Positions 40,173-51,073 are shown, counted from the first letter of the stretch. The stretch is 64,000 nucleotides of DNA from Candidatus Latescibacterota bacterium (GCA_965243025.1 CBDETY010000003.1:1248001-1312000); one strand, 5' to 3'. Notes: generated from the letters alone by a model not told the origin. Translations and numbers: made by a program.

Positions 40173-41918
40173 CTATTCGTACAGTTCGACCGCCGTCTCC
40201 CCGCGGGCAAAGCGCTGTGCCGTTTGCGCCGCCGACTGCGAGCCGATGCTGCGGCGGGTATCGGTTGCCCACCGGGCCAGACCGACCAGGAGTTGCCCCC
40301 GGGCCGGATGCCCCGCGCAGTGTTCCCACTCGTCGAACACGGAGCGCAGGGTGTTGAGCAGCGACCAGCCGTTGTCGTCCTTGAGAATGGTCAGGCCCAG
40401 TTCGGACAGAAGCCGGTCCCCCGAAAACCCGCTGTTGAGGTAGTCGCGGGTCATGCGGCCTATCTCGCGAATCCGGATCGACTCGACCGCCTCGAGGATG
40501 TCCCGCAGCGCACCTTCGCCCGCGGCGCTCTCTCCCCGTACCTGTGGGGACAGGCGTCCGGGGAGGTCGGTGAGTTTCCTGGTCGAGATGTTGAGCCAGC
40601 GGTCGTCGAAGAAGCGCCAGGCGGCGTGATAGCAGGCGCGGGCGGCAACGGCAAACCCGGCCTGTTTCTCCACCGCCCGGAGGTTCGAACCCAGAGCCAG
40701 TTCCCAGCCCAGATCGTGCCAGCCAGGGCTCATTCCGACGGGAGTGCGCGCCATGCGGTCAGCCGCCAGCAGCACCATGGTGGTGGCGATCTGTCCGATC
40801 GACGCTCCCTGCCGCAAGGATTCGGAAACGGCCCCGAAGGTCGTGGCGATGTCGCCGCTGACGAGGGCTTCGGTCAAACCGTTTTCGTCGTATTTCCCAC
40901 TCTGTCCCCGGTTCGCCGAAGCCTCCTCGATCACGGCTTCGGCATCGGTGAACAGGTCCATGGCCTCGCGCAGCACGTCCATCGGAACCGGCCGGCCGCG
41001 GCCCAGCATCTTTCCGGCGAGGTTGCAGACCAGCTCCTCGCTCAGGTCCCATCCGAACTCGTCGAGCAGCTCGGCGAGATGGACCAGGTTCCTCAGGTTG
41101 TCCTGTTGGCCCAGGAAGTGGGGCTGAACCGCGCACTCCAGAAGCAGGGGGACGATGTCGCCGTCGCGGTCCCCCAGGCGGCGGGCGGTTATCAGGCACT
41201 TTTCGATCCCCTCCGACATCTTGTCGGCGGCGAAGTAGCGTACCCATCCTGCGAGCCTGGGCCAGTCGACGGGCGGGGGCAGCGGTTCCACCGGGGGGCG
41301 GTCCCCGGCGGTTCCCGCCGCGGCCGAGGCCGCCATCATCAGCGGGATCAGGCGGTCCTCCGGCTGGTAGCGCCGCGCCAGGTTCAACCCGTTGACGAAC
41401 TGGGCGACGTCGTGGCCCCCGTTCTCGTGCCGGTGCGTGGCGATGTGCCTGCCCATGTGGCGGACGATCGACTCCAGGGTTTCCCTCTCCGAAACCCCCT
41501 TTGCCAGCAGAATGGCGATCGCCTTCGAAAGCGTCCAGCTGTCGCCGTTGTTGAGCCCCTCCTGCAGCAGCAGGAAATGGGCGTCGTGGCGTTTCGAGCC
41601 GCCGCTCGCCACGTCGACGAAAACGCCCCCGTCCCGCACCCGGACCGGAAAGGTATCGAGATCGTCGCAGCCTCCGGTAAAGCAGCCGCCGCCGGCCATG
41701 TCGTAGCTGTACCCGTGCCAGTCGCAGGTGAGGACGCCGCCGCGGACTATCCCCCTGGTGAGGGGGTATCCCATGTGGGGGCACTGGTTGTCCGTCGCAT
41801 ACAGTTCGCCGTCGTGGAGGAACAGGGCGACGCTGTGGCCTTCCACGCGCACTGCTTTCGGCTTTCCCTCCTCGACCTCGGCGAGGTCGGCGACCCGCAC
41901 GAAGCTGTCCGTCGTCAT
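40173..41918 (-). CDS. Rieske [2Fe-2S] domain protein with long helical C-terminal region (copy 2)
   Basis: CPHMGYPL...TCDWHG; GGGGAG RBS. Confidence 0.88.
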   Translation of the reverse strand: MTTDSFVRVADLAEVEEGKPKAVRVEGHSVALFLHDGELYATDNQCPHMGYPLTRGIVRGGVLTCDWHGYSYDMAGGGCFTGGCDDLDTFPVRVRDGGVFVDVASGGSKRHDAHFLLLQEGLNNGDSWTLSKAIAILLAKGVSERETLESIVRHMGRHIATHRHENGGHDVAQFVNGLNLARRYQPEDRLIPLMMAASAAAGTAGDRPPVEPLPPPVDWPRLAGWVRYFAADKMSEGIEKCLITARRLGDRDGDIVPLLLECAVQPHFLGQQDNLRNLVHLAELLDEFGWDLSEELVCNLAGKMLGRGRPVPMDVLREAMDLFTDAEAVIEEASANRGQSGKYDENGLTEALVSGDIATTFGAVSESLRQGASIGQIATTMVLLAADRMARTPVGMSPGWHDLGWELALGSNLRAVEKQAGFAVAARACYHAAWRFFDDRWLNISTRKLTDLPGRLSPQVRGESAAGEGALRDILEAVESIRIREIGRMTRDYLNSGFSGDRLLSELGLTILKDDNGWSLLNTLRSVFDEWEHCAGHPARGQLLVGLARWATDTRRSIGSQSAAQTAQRFARGETAVELYE

Positions 41919-41928
41919 GGTCTCCCCT

Positions 41929-43695
41929 TCAATCGTCGAAGACGTCCACGGTGGTGCGGCCCTCGGCGAAACGCATCGCCGTGGTCGTCGCCGATCCGCT
42001 TTCCGCGTTGGTGCGGATGTCGGTGGCGTAGCGGGCGAGGGCGACCAGCAGTTGAGCACGGGAGGGATGTCCGGCCCCGGCCGCCGCATCACCGGATCCG
42101 CCGGCTTCCCACTCTTCCCAGATGGTTCCCAGGGTCGGCAGCAGCTCCGGCCCGGTATCGTTCCAGAGGATCAGGCGTCCGAGCTCATGGAGAAGCCGGT
42201 TGCCGTCGCAGCCGGCCCGCAGACAGGCGAGGACCTGGTCTCCGACATCGGCGACCTGCAGGGTCTCGACCGACCTCGAGATGGCAGCGATGCCTTCCCC
42301 CTCGTTTCTCCAGATGTGCTCACGGGCATATTCGGGAGCCTGGCCGAGGGGGCGCGCGGGTATGTTGAGCCAGCGGTCGTCGAACAGCTGCCAGGCGAGG
42401 TGAAACAGTCCCATGACGGCGACGCGGTCCCCGGCTTGGGCACGGGCAGCCCTCAGCGACCGGGCGAGATTCAGCTCCCGGGTCAGGCACTCCCAGCCGG
42501 CGTCGACGTTGACGGGGGTGCGTGCCATGCGGTCCGCCGCGAGCAGGACGAAGGTAGTTATCAACCGTTCCAGGCGGACCCCGGAGGCCAGGGCGGCGGC
42601 GATGGCGTCGAAGGAGCGGTCGATGTCCACGCTCGACACCGCGTCGACGAGGGCGTCTTCGTCGTATTCGTCCCGGGTGCCCTCCGTTTGCGCGGCCCTG
42701 TCGATCTCCGGCCTCAGGGAGATCATCTTTTCGATGGCGTCCCGTCTGAACAGCTGCGGCTCCCCCCGCCGCTGGCCGACGGTCTTGGCGCCGAGATTCA
42801 GGGTGAGCTCGGAGGCATGCTCCCAGCCGAAGGACCGCGTCAGCTCGGCGAGGTATCCCAGGGTCTGGAAATTGCCGCTGAACCCGAGAAAACCGGGCTG
42901 CGCCGCGCATTCGTACAGCAGGGGGAGGATACCGCCCTCTTCCCCCTTTGCCCTCGCCGTGAACAGGCACCTCTCGATCCGGTTTTCCTGGCCGTTGCGG
43001 GAGAAGAGCCGCACCCATCCGGCAATGCGGTCCCAGGCGACCGGTTCGGGCAGGGTGACCACCTCGAGGCGTTCGGCCGCCTCTCCGGCGGCGCTGGTCG
43101 CCGCGGTTGCCAGTGCCATCAGGCGGTCCTCGCCCCCGTAGCGCCGTCCGATGGCGATCCCGTTGACGAAGCGGGCGAGATCGACCCCGGCGCCGGCGTC
43201 CCGCGAGCTCGCCACGTGCCTGCCGAAATGCCTGAGGATGACGGCGACGATGTCGCTTTCCGGCACCTCCCCGCGCAGCATCAGGGCGATCGCCTTTGAA
43301 ATCGTCCAGCGGTCCTCGTGCAGGAGCCCTTCCCGCAACAGCCGCAGGTGCTGCTCCCGGCGGCGGTAGGCGCCGTCTCCCGGGCGTATCCAGATCTCCT
43401 CGCCGCGCAGCTCCACCGGGAAGACCTCGAGATCGTCGCACATGTTGTTGAAACAGCCGCCCCCCTCGAGGTCGAAGCGGCGGCCGTGCCAGTCGCAGGT
43501 CAGCACGCCGTTGCGGACAACTCCGCGAGTCAGGGGGTATCCCATGTGGGGACACTGGTTGTCGGTGGCGAAAATGCGGCCGTCGACGTTGAAAAGGGCG
43601 ATGCTGCGCCCTTCACCGACCCGGACCGCCTTCGCATCTCCCGGCTCCAGCTCTTCGAGGGTTGCTACCTTGTTCCAGCCGTCTGTCGTTTCCAT
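41929..43695 (-). CDS. Rieske [2Fe-2S] domain protein with long helical C-terminal region (copy 1)
   Basis: CPHMGYPL...TCDWHG; full-length similarity to neighbour. Confidence 0.88.
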   Translation of the reverse strand: METTDGWNKVATLEELEPGDAKAVRVGEGRSIALFNVDGRIFATDNQCPHMGYPLTRGVVRNGVLTCDWHGRRFDLEGGGCFNNMCDDLEVFPVELRGEEIWIRPGDGAYRRREQHLRLLREGLLHEDRWTISKAIALMLRGEVPESDIVAVILRHFGRHVASSRDAGAGVDLARFVNGIAIGRRYGGEDRLMALATAATSAAGEAAERLEVVTLPEPVAWDRIAGWVRLFSRNGQENRIERCLFTARAKGEEGGILPLLYECAAQPGFLGFSGNFQTLGYLAELTRSFGWEHASELTLNLGAKTVGQRRGEPQLFRRDAIEKMISLRPEIDRAAQTEGTRDEYDEDALVDAVSSVDIDRSFDAIAAALASGVRLERLITTFVLLAADRMARTPVNVDAGWECLTRELNLARSLRAARAQAGDRVAVMGLFHLAWQLFDDRWLNIPARPLGQAPEYAREHIWRNEGEGIAAISRSVETLQVADVGDQVLACLRAGCDGNRLLHELGRLILWNDTGPELLPTLGTIWEEWEAGGSGDAAAGAGHPSRAQLLVALARYATDIRTNAESGSATTTAMRFAEGRTTVDVFDD

Positions 43696-43746
43696 TCCCT
43701 TCTTTCGAGCCCGGCCGATGGCGGCGCGGGATGGCGTGCGGAGGAA

Positions 43747-44655
43747 TTACCTGGCCGCCTTGACCCCGGGCATGGCCGGAAGGTAGGACTGGCGGCGGCG
43801 GTTTCCCGTCGTCCACGCCGCATCGGCGGGGCGGTGCTCCTCGAGCCAGTCGCGCAGCGGGGCTTCTCCCTGTTCCGGCGCGTACGTGCTGTTGTTGCTC
43901 GGGTTGTCGCGGAGCAGCTGCCCCCGGATCGGGTCGAGACCTTGGTAGAGGTGTTCGACGGTCATGTTGTCCTTGGGCAGCAGCCAGCGGTAGCTGTAGC
44001 CCATCATCAGCATCTTGCGCGTCTCGTGCCAGCTGTTGAAGCTGCGGCTGTGCCAGATGCGGCGGTCGATGATGACGGAGGTGCCGGGAGGCACGCACAG
44101 GGGAATCGCACCGTCGGGGCTGGATCGGCCGTCCTCGGGAACGTCGATTTCGTCGTGCAGGTGAGATCCCGGGACGATGAGAGTGTTGCCGCGGCCGGTC
44201 TCCGACATGTCGCTGATGAAAAAGAACACCTTGAGCGAAAGGCGGGGGCGCGGTGTCGCCTCGATTTCGTCGTTCACCCTCATGCTGTCCTGGTGCCAGG
44301 CAACGGTGGCAGCCGATGGCGGCCGTTCCGGATCGCCCGGCGGGGTCATCAACAGGCCGGAATGGTAGATGCAGATGTTCCAGCCGAGTATTCCCCAGAC
44401 CTTGGGGAAGGTGGTCTCCCAGTCGACGAGTTCGAGAAACAGCGGGTCCTGGCCGATGATGTCGGGAATGTCGACGGGATCGTGGGGTCCGAACCCGTGG
44501 TGGCGCCGCTTCTCGGCGATCAGGCGGTCGCAGGCGTGCCTCAGGGCCTCGGTGCGGTCGGGCGGCAGGGCTTCGGGAATGACGAGGTACCCCTGTTCCT
44601 CGAACCGGGTGCGCTCCGCATCGGTGAGGCAATGGGCCAGGCAGGAGGAATTCAT
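43747..44655 (-). CDS. PhyH-family dioxygenase
   Basis: FEEQGYLVI, WHQD, GNTLIVPGSH, IWH. Confidence 0.9.
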   Translation of the reverse strand: MNSSCLAHCLTDAERTRFEEQGYLVIPEALPPDRTEALRHACDRLIAEKRRHHGFGPHDPVDIPDIIGQDPLFLELVDWETTFPKVWGILGWNICIYHSGLLMTPPGDPERPPSAATVAWHQDSMRVNDEIEATPRPRLSLKVFFFISDMSETGRGNTLIVPGSHLHDEIDVPEDGRSSPDGAIPLCVPPGTSVIIDRRIWHSRSFNSWHETRKMLMMGYSYRWLLPKDNMTVEHLYQGLDPIRGQLLRDNPSNNSTYAPEQGEAPLRDWLEEHRPADAAWTTGNRRRQSYLPAMPGVKAAR

Positions 44656-44970
44656 GAGCAGGAAAATAGAACCTTTGAAGGGCAATCCAAAAGGCGTCCC
44701 GCGAGCGCGGCCGCCGCGGTTGGAAAAAAGTGGTTCAGTTCCCCCGCGGGTTCCACTCGTTCGTCCCGGGGGGGAGGTGCGGTCCATGCACCGGCCGCCC
44801 GCGGGTGCCTCCGACTGCGGCTGCCGGGGGCCAACAGCCGTCGGAAACGACCTCTGCCGGGGTCAGCCCCGGCTCGCTCCAGCAGATTGCGAAGAGGATT
44901 TTCCTTGGAATTGGCGCGAAACAGTGGTACCGTTGACACAGATGGTATCCTCTCTTCAAGGAGGTGTCTC

Positions 44971-45456
44971 ATGAAGAAGCGGATGCTGATGGCAGGCGTC
45001 GCTCTCGCTTTCGCGAGCGCGGCTTGGGGGCAGTGCCCGAGCTCCGACGTTCCGGCGCCCTCTCAGGCCACCGTCCAACCCTACGGAAGCCACCAAGAGC
45101 AGTTCATGCTGGTTTCGTGGGAGTCGGTCGAAGACGCGACGCGTTACACGATCTACTGGGAGGTTCCCGTCGACTACCAGGTCGATCCCAGTGGAGAGGT
45201 CGTCGAGCTCGACGAGCCGCGGGTTTCCTTCGTGCCGCTGGGCACGGTGGACGCCCTGCTCGACAGCGAGACGCAGAGCGCGGTCTTCGAGACCGGGGAT
45301 TCCGAGGCCACGGGCTGGGGCGTCACCGCCGACGTCGATGTCCACGGCCGTTGGGTTTCGTCCTCGATGACGACCGCCGCCTTGATCGCTCCGGAGACCA
45401 CCACCGCTGTCGAGGCGGTGAGCTGGGCCGAGGTCAAGGCAACGGCCTCCGAGTAG
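44971..45456 (+). CDS. Small secreted protein with C-terminal TAVE..SW..VK tail
   Basis: AAGGAGG RBS, MKKRMLMAGVALAFASAAWG signal peptide, terminator follows. Confidence 0.75.
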   Translation: MKKRMLMAGVALAFASAAWGQCPSSDVPAPSQATVQPYGSHQEQFMLVSWESVEDATRYTIYWEVPVDYQVDPSGEVVELDEPRVSFVPLGTVDALLDSETQSAVFETGDSEATGWGVTADVDVHGRWVSSSMTTAALIAPETTTAVEAVSWAEVKATASE

Positions 45457-45478
45457 GCCTGCCACATCTGAAGCAGCG

Positions 45479-45513
45479 ACCCCGTCGAGCCCGGCTCGGC
45501 GGGGTTTTTTTTT
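45479..45513 (+). terminator. Intrinsic terminator
   Basis: CCCCGTCGAGC-ccg-GCTCGGCGGGG then T9. Confidence 0.85.
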
Positions 45514-47316
45514 ACAGGCCGAGCGACCTGCTGCCGGTCCGGGTGAGGCGAGCCGCCGTCCACCCCGGTTCCCAGGTAAAGTCGACGATGCACTCGCGAA
45601 CCCCGTCCACCGCGAGCACGCGGTCGCGGATGGGGTTGCCGATGAACCGGTATTTCGGGCGGCCGCGGTGGGGCATCGTCATCAGGATGCGGACCACTCC
45701 GCCGTCGACGCGCAGATCGTAGATGTACCCCATGTCGACCACGTTGCTGTCGATCCTCCCGAGCTGGTCGTCTTCCACCTGGCGCAAAGCATCCCATACG
45801 GAGCGTTTGAGCGCGAGGTCGGCGGCCCCGGCAGGGGTCAGGCCGGTCTCTCCGGGGCGCCCCAACCTCCCGTTCGCAGCCGCCTCGACCTCCGGCAGTT
45901 CTCCTTCCGAAACCAGGAGGGGATTCAGCAGTCGTCGGCGCAGATCCTGAACGATCTCGCGTCCGTTTTGCTCTGGATAATGCGAGGCGAAGTAGGCGTT
46001 CTTCTGAAAGAGCGCCGATCCCTCTCTCATCTCCGTCCTGCCCTGGATGGCGGCGCGGCACCAGATCTGGCCGCGGCCGAAATAGCTGAGGTTGGGAGGG
46101 CCGCCGTGGTTCAGGGGGCCGCAGTTTTCCGACCGGTGCTCCAGCCACAGGGCAATGAAGGCGTCGCGGCTTTCGCGGCGGAAGAATCCGGCGCCCCACT
46201 GGTCGTTCTCGCGGGAAGCCGGAACCTCCCCTTCGTGCAGATTGCCCTCGCCGTCGATCCAGACCGAGTCGCTGAAAGGCATCCCGTAGAACAGCCATTC
46301 GTCGTCGCGCACCACGTTGGTCTCGAAGGGCCCCAGCGCATCCATGCGGCTCTCCTTGAGGAACCAGGGAAGCCCGGCGTAGAAGGTGTAGGTCAGGTCC
46401 ATGTGCAGCCGGCTCGGGGTGAACACCGGGTGCAGGGGAGACCGGGGGAACCCCCAGCGTCGAACCTGCACGCACAAAGGGCCGCCGATGACCTCGTAGT
46501 TGGGGCAGCGGGACCAGCCGGTGACGCGGAACTTCTGGTAGTTGCCGGAAGCCATGTAGTCGTGACCCCAGTCGATTCCCGGTGGCTCCCCATGCCCTTC
46601 TCCTCCGGTGTTCAGCTCCAGCGGGCGCCGTAGGGCACGGTGCCGAAACCGCGCCTGAACTGCAACCGCTGCAACTGCCCGTTCTGGGGGGAGAGGTGAG
46701 CGGTGAAGTGGTTGCTGGCGATGCTGAGGCCGAACTCCTCGCCGCTGACCGAAAGGTCGGATGGGTACTCCGGCAACTCGGCGTCCGGGTTGCCGTACAG
46801 AACCAGGAACCGGACGCGGCCGTTGGCCGGCGTATCGACCTGGAGCAGCAGCCGGCAGCTTCGCAGCCCGCCATCGAGAGCCTCCCGGCAGACCTGGCTC
46901 GGAACTTCGCCCAGGGTTGCGCTTTCGTCGTCGATCCTGGCGACGCGAAGCTCGCGGCGCAGATCGGTAACCTGGTCCGCGGCAAACTCGACGACGGTTT
47001 CGACAGGCTCCCTCGATCTGCCCAGGCCGGCGCTCTCGACGATCTCCAGCACCTTGTAGAAAGCCCAACCCCGGGCCCAGTCCGCCCAGGGGCCAGGCAG
47101 CTCGGCTACGCGCCCGAAGTTCGGGGCCGGGGACGAGACCGCTTCGCTGGCGCCGTGACCGGACACGCGCCGCTGGCGTTCGAAGCCGACGGTATCCTTG
47201 ATCGACTCCGCCAGCGACATGGCGACGTCGAGATTCCCCTCGCGGTGAGCCGTCGCCAGGAGCCTGATCTTCCCCTCGACGCTGTCGGTGCGGTGGCGGT
47301 ATTCGGTCTCCTGCAT
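45512..47316 (-). pseudogene. Hypothetical protein with C-terminal DUF59/SufT-like domain, one frameshift near 46625
   Basis: GGAGG RBS; adding one C joins ...VPYGA to PLELNTGG...; C-terminus NVVDMGYIYD...TWEPGW. Confidence 0.65.
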
Positions 47317-47430
47317 TCCTCTGCCTCCTGGTCTGGATCTCCGGCCCGAAGGTGCTTCGGCACCCCTGAACCAGGCGTTTCAACGCGGGTGGTGGAATCG
47401 AAGGATCGAACCGACCCGGTCTCGGGCAGG

Positions 47431-48462
47431 CTACGAATTAATGCAGGACTCTGCTTCGGCCACGTCGTCGGCGCTGCCGATAATCAGCGGAGTCCGCTGG
47501 TGCAGGCTCTCCGGAACGAGATCGAGTATGCGCGTTGTTCCGGTCGAGGCCCGTCCCCCGGCCTGCTCGACGACGAACGCGAGCGGCGCCGCCTCGTACA
47601 GCAGCCGCAGCTTGCCGTTTTCCGATTCCCGATCCCCGGGATAGAGGAAGACCCCCCCCTTGAGCAGGTTGCGATGGAAATCCGATACCAGGGAACCTAT
47701 GTAGCGCGCCGAGTAGGGGCGGCCCCTCGACTTGTCATTCGCCTTCAGACTGCTGACGTAGTTGCGGACTCCGGGAAACCACTTGTCGGCGTTTCCCTCG
47801 TTGACGCTGTAGATCTTGCCGCGGGAGGGGATGCGGATGTTCTGGTGTGAGAGCAGGAACTCGCCCAGGGTCGGGTCCAGGGTGAATCCGTGGGTGCCCC
47901 GCCCGGTCGTGTACACCAGCATCGTGCTCGAGCCGTAGATGATGTAGCCGGCGCACACCTGGTCGGTGCCGCGTCTCAGGAAGTCCTTTTCGATGGGGCG
48001 CCGCCTTCTTCCCAGGCGCTTGTGGCGGTAGATGGAGAAGATGGTCCCGATACTGACGTTGACGTCGATGTTGGAGGAGCCGTCGACAGGATCGAAAACG
48101 AGGAGGTAATCGCCGCTGGGATGCCTGGCGGGGATGGTGTAGACGTCGTCCATCTCCTCGGACGCCATCCCGGCGAGGTGGCCGGTGTGGTCGGTGGCAT
48201 GGATAATCGTGGAATTGGCGAATTCGTCCATTTGCTGGACTTCCTCGCCGTGGACGTTGACCCTCCCGGTCAGGCCCATCACCTGCGCCAGCCCCGCCTT
48301 GTTGACCTCCCGGGCGATCAGTTTTCCGGCTATGGCCAGGGCCTGCAACAACTCGGAGAATCCTCCCCTGGCCTCGGGAAACCGGTGCTGCTCTTCGGTA
48401 ATGAACCTGTGGAGAGTGGTTCCCCTTTCCATTCCCGGGAGCGGCTGGGGTGAAGTCGCCAT
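47431..48462 (-). CDS. fbp: Fructose-1,6-bisphosphatase class 1
   Basis: SEE, FDPVDGSSNID, YSVNEGN, RYIGSLVSDFHR, GKLRLLYEA. Confidence 0.97.
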   Translation of the reverse strand: MATSPQPLPGMERGTTLHRFITEEQHRFPEARGGFSELLQALAIAGKLIAREVNKAGLAQVMGLTGRVNVHGEEVQQMDEFANSTIIHATDHTGHLAGMASEEMDDVYTIPARHPSGDYLLVFDPVDGSSNIDVNVSIGTIFSIYRHKRLGRRRRPIEKDFLRRGTDQVCAGYIIYGSSTMLVYTTGRGTHGFTLDPTLGEFLLSHQNIRIPSRGKIYSVNEGNADKWFPGVRNYVSSLKANDKSRGRPYSARYIGSLVSDFHRNLLKGGVFLYPGDRESENGKLRLLYEAAPLAFVVEQAGGRASTGTTRILDLVPESLHQRTPLIIGSADDVAEAESCINS

Positions 48463-48574
48463 ATGTCAGGATCCCTTCCGGGCGAACAAGAAACGGTCGG
48501 AGCAGACGGGGTCAAGGCAGACCCCGGTGGAAGCCGGTTCCCTCTCAAACTTCAGCGAGCGCGGCCTCCCCGGG

Positions 48575-49588
48575 TCAAAGCTCCGCGGCGAGAACCCACA
48601 TCGGTTTCTCTCCCACCTCGTAGCTTTCGAGAAAGGTGAGAATCCCGGAACCTCGGTCGATTCCATAAGCCGACATCCTGCCGCTGTCGACGCCTGCGGC
48701 GAAGACGAACTTTCCCTGCGGGTCCACGTCGAAACCGCGCACGTGGGGTTCGGTGGCCGCTCTGCCGATGAGGGTGAGCTTCCCGGAAGCCGGGTCGATG
48801 GCGAAGCAGGCGACCGTATCGTGGCCGCGGTTCGGGGCGTAGAGGAATTCTCCCGAAGGGTGAACGCGCAGCTGGGCGGTGGTGTTCCCGGCCGGGTCGA
48901 AATCCGGGGGCAACGTCGAGACCGTCTGGAAGGGCGGGGACAGACGGCCGTCCCCGGCGACCCGGTACGCCGAAATGCTGTTCCCCTGCTCATCGGTCGT
49001 GTACATCACGTCGAGGCCGGGATGGAAGCGGATGTGCCGCGGGCCTGTCCGCGTGGGAGGGACAAGGATTCCGAGATCCTGCAGGGCGAATTCGCCGGTC
49101 TCCCCATCGTAGGCGTACTGGAAGATGGCGTTCTGGGTTATGCAGTGGGGCACGTACACCCAGCGGTTGCCGGGATGTACCTGGACGGAATGCGCTCCCC
49201 GGATCGTATGGACCGTACAGGCCGCGGGGGCGACGAGGGCCCCGTCATCGCCGACGCGGTAGCTGCTGGCGCGGGCGCCCCCGTTGCTCGAGGTGAGCAT
49301 GAACCTGCCGGTGGCGTCGGAAGTCGCGTACACGGAATCCGACTCTTCCCGGATCGTCCCGAGAAGATCCAGGGAGCCGTCGCCCCGGTCGATGGCAAGG
49401 CTCGCCAGCCGGCCGGCCCTGCGCAGGACCACGTAGAGGAACCGTTTCCCCGGCGCGATGGCGATGGCGGCAGGTCCACCTTCAATGGGAGTCCGACGGG
49501 CGAGGCGGAGGGCGCCGGTTTCACTGTCCAGGGAGTAGACGTCTACCCTGTCCTCATCCATGATCGAGACGTATACGTAGCAGGCCAT
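48575..49588 (-). CDS. pgl: 6-phosphogluconolactonase-family lactonase
   Basis: GPRHIRFHP, LYAPNRGHD, beta-propeller repeats. Confidence 0.8.
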   Translation of the reverse strand: MACYVYVSIMDEDRVDVYSLDSETGALRLARRTPIEGGPAAIAIAPGKRFLYVVLRRAGRLASLAIDRGDGSLDLLGTIREESDSVYATSDATGRFMLTSSNGGARASSYRVGDDGALVAPAACTVHTIRGAHSVQVHPGNRWVYVPHCITQNAIFQYAYDGETGEFALQDLGILVPPTRTGPRHIRFHPGLDVMYTTDEQGNSISAYRVAGDGRLSPPFQTVSTLPPDFDPAGNTTAQLRVHPSGEFLYAPNRGHDTVACFAIDPASGKLTLIGRAATEPHVRGFDVDPQGKFVFAAGVDSGRMSAYGIDRGSGILTFLESYEVGEKPMWVLAAEL

Positions 49589-49800
49589 CCTGTCTCCTGT
49601 GTTTCGGGGTTGTCGTCGGCGAGCAACCTACGGGAAACCTCGTCAAGGAACCAACGCGGCAGGCTGAGCCTCGACACGAGTTCACGGGGAAGCCGGCCGG
49701 AAAGGGATTCGGCTCCATTTCCATTCCATCCCGGATGGGTTGCAACCACGGGCGCACATGAGGTTTTTTCAAAGCAACCCGAAACTGAACGGAAGGTGAG

Positions 49801-50985
49801 ATGAAAAAAGAAACATACAGGGTCGCCGTCCTCGGGTGCCGGGGCCGGGGCGGGGCAGCTGCGCGCGCCTACTTCGCGCATCCGCGCACCGAACTGGTCG
49901 GCCTTTGCGACCTGGTGGCGGAACGCCGCGATCGACTGGGAGAGGAGCTGGGAGTCGGGGCCCGCTACGAGGACCTCGACGCCATGATCGGGGAGACTTC
50001 CCCCGACATCGTCGCCATTCCGACGGGAACCGAGTTCCACCACGACCTCGCAATGCGGGTGCTCGACCACGGCGTCCACATCGATATCGAGAAGCCGTTG
50101 TGCGTCGACCTGGAAGAGGGGGACGAGGTTGTCGCCAGGGCCGCCGAAAAGGGGGTGCGAACAGCGGTACACCACCAGGGCCGGACCGGAGCAACCATGC
50201 GCGCCATCGCCAACGCCCTTGCGGAAGGGCGCATAGGGGAGGTGCAGCACCTGCACGGATACGGCAAGGGGTACTACGGCGGCTACGGGCTGATGAACAT
50301 CGGCACCCACATGATCAACATGACCCTGAAGGTGGCCGGGCACTGCCGGGCCGTCTCCGCGGCGGCGATGACGGGCGGAAGCCCGATCGCTCCCGAGGAC
50401 GTGCTGCGCTCCCCCCTCGGCATGGGCGTGATTGCCGGGGAACGTCTGAGCGCCATCCTCGAATTCGACCGCGGGGTTACCGCGACCCTGCTCCACCACC
50501 GCTACCCGGAACGGGTAACCCCGATGATCGAAATCGCCGGGAGCGAAGGCCGCCTGATGGTCGAGAGCCTGCTGTACAGGAAGGACCGCCGGAACGCCCT
50601 CTGCCTGGCGGCGCGGTACTTCACTCCCGGCCTCCATGAATGGGAAGAACTCGAACCGGTGCTGCCTCCCGGATTCGACCCGGACGGGCCCGCCGATACC
50701 GAGGATTTCTGGTTCGTGGAGGAGTACGTGTCAGCCCTCGACGAGGGGCGCGACCACGAATGCAGCGGCGCCGAGGGGCTGCACGTACTGGAGGTCATGA
50801 TGGGGCTGTTCGAGTCGGCCGCGTACGGCCGCCGGATCGAGATTCCCCAGGAAGACCGGAGTCATCCCCTGCTGCGCTGGCGCCGGGAACACGGCCTCGA
50901 GGACCCCGGCCCCATGCCTAGGGACTACGGGGAATGGCTGGCGGCCGAAGACGAGCGGCTCGCCCGCAGGGACTCTGTCGCGTAA
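49801..50985 (+). CDS. Gfo/Idh/MocA oxidoreductase
   Basis: VAVLGCRGRG, IEKPL, GTH. Confidence 0.9.
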   Translation: MKKETYRVAVLGCRGRGGAAARAYFAHPRTELVGLCDLVAERRDRLGEELGVGARYEDLDAMIGETSPDIVAIPTGTEFHHDLAMRVLDHGVHIDIEKPLCVDLEEGDEVVARAAEKGVRTAVHHQGRTGATMRAIANALAEGRIGEVQHLHGYGKGYYGGYGLMNIGTHMINMTLKVAGHCRAVSAAAMTGGSPIAPEDVLRSPLGMGVIAGERLSAILEFDRGVTATLLHHRYPERVTPMIEIAGSEGRLMVESLLYRKDRRNALCLAARYFTPGLHEWEELEPVLPPGFDPDGPADTEDFWFVEEYVSALDEGRDHECSGAEGLHVLEVMMGLFESAAYGRRIEIPQEDRSHPLLRWRREHGLEDPGPMPRDYGEWLAAEDERLARRDSVA

Positions 50986-51073
50986 ACCCGGGTGGCAACC
51001 AGGCCGTGGATGGCGGACGGCAACGGCCGGATCAACTGCAGATCGCCGCCCGCAGGTACGGATGGCCGGGGGA

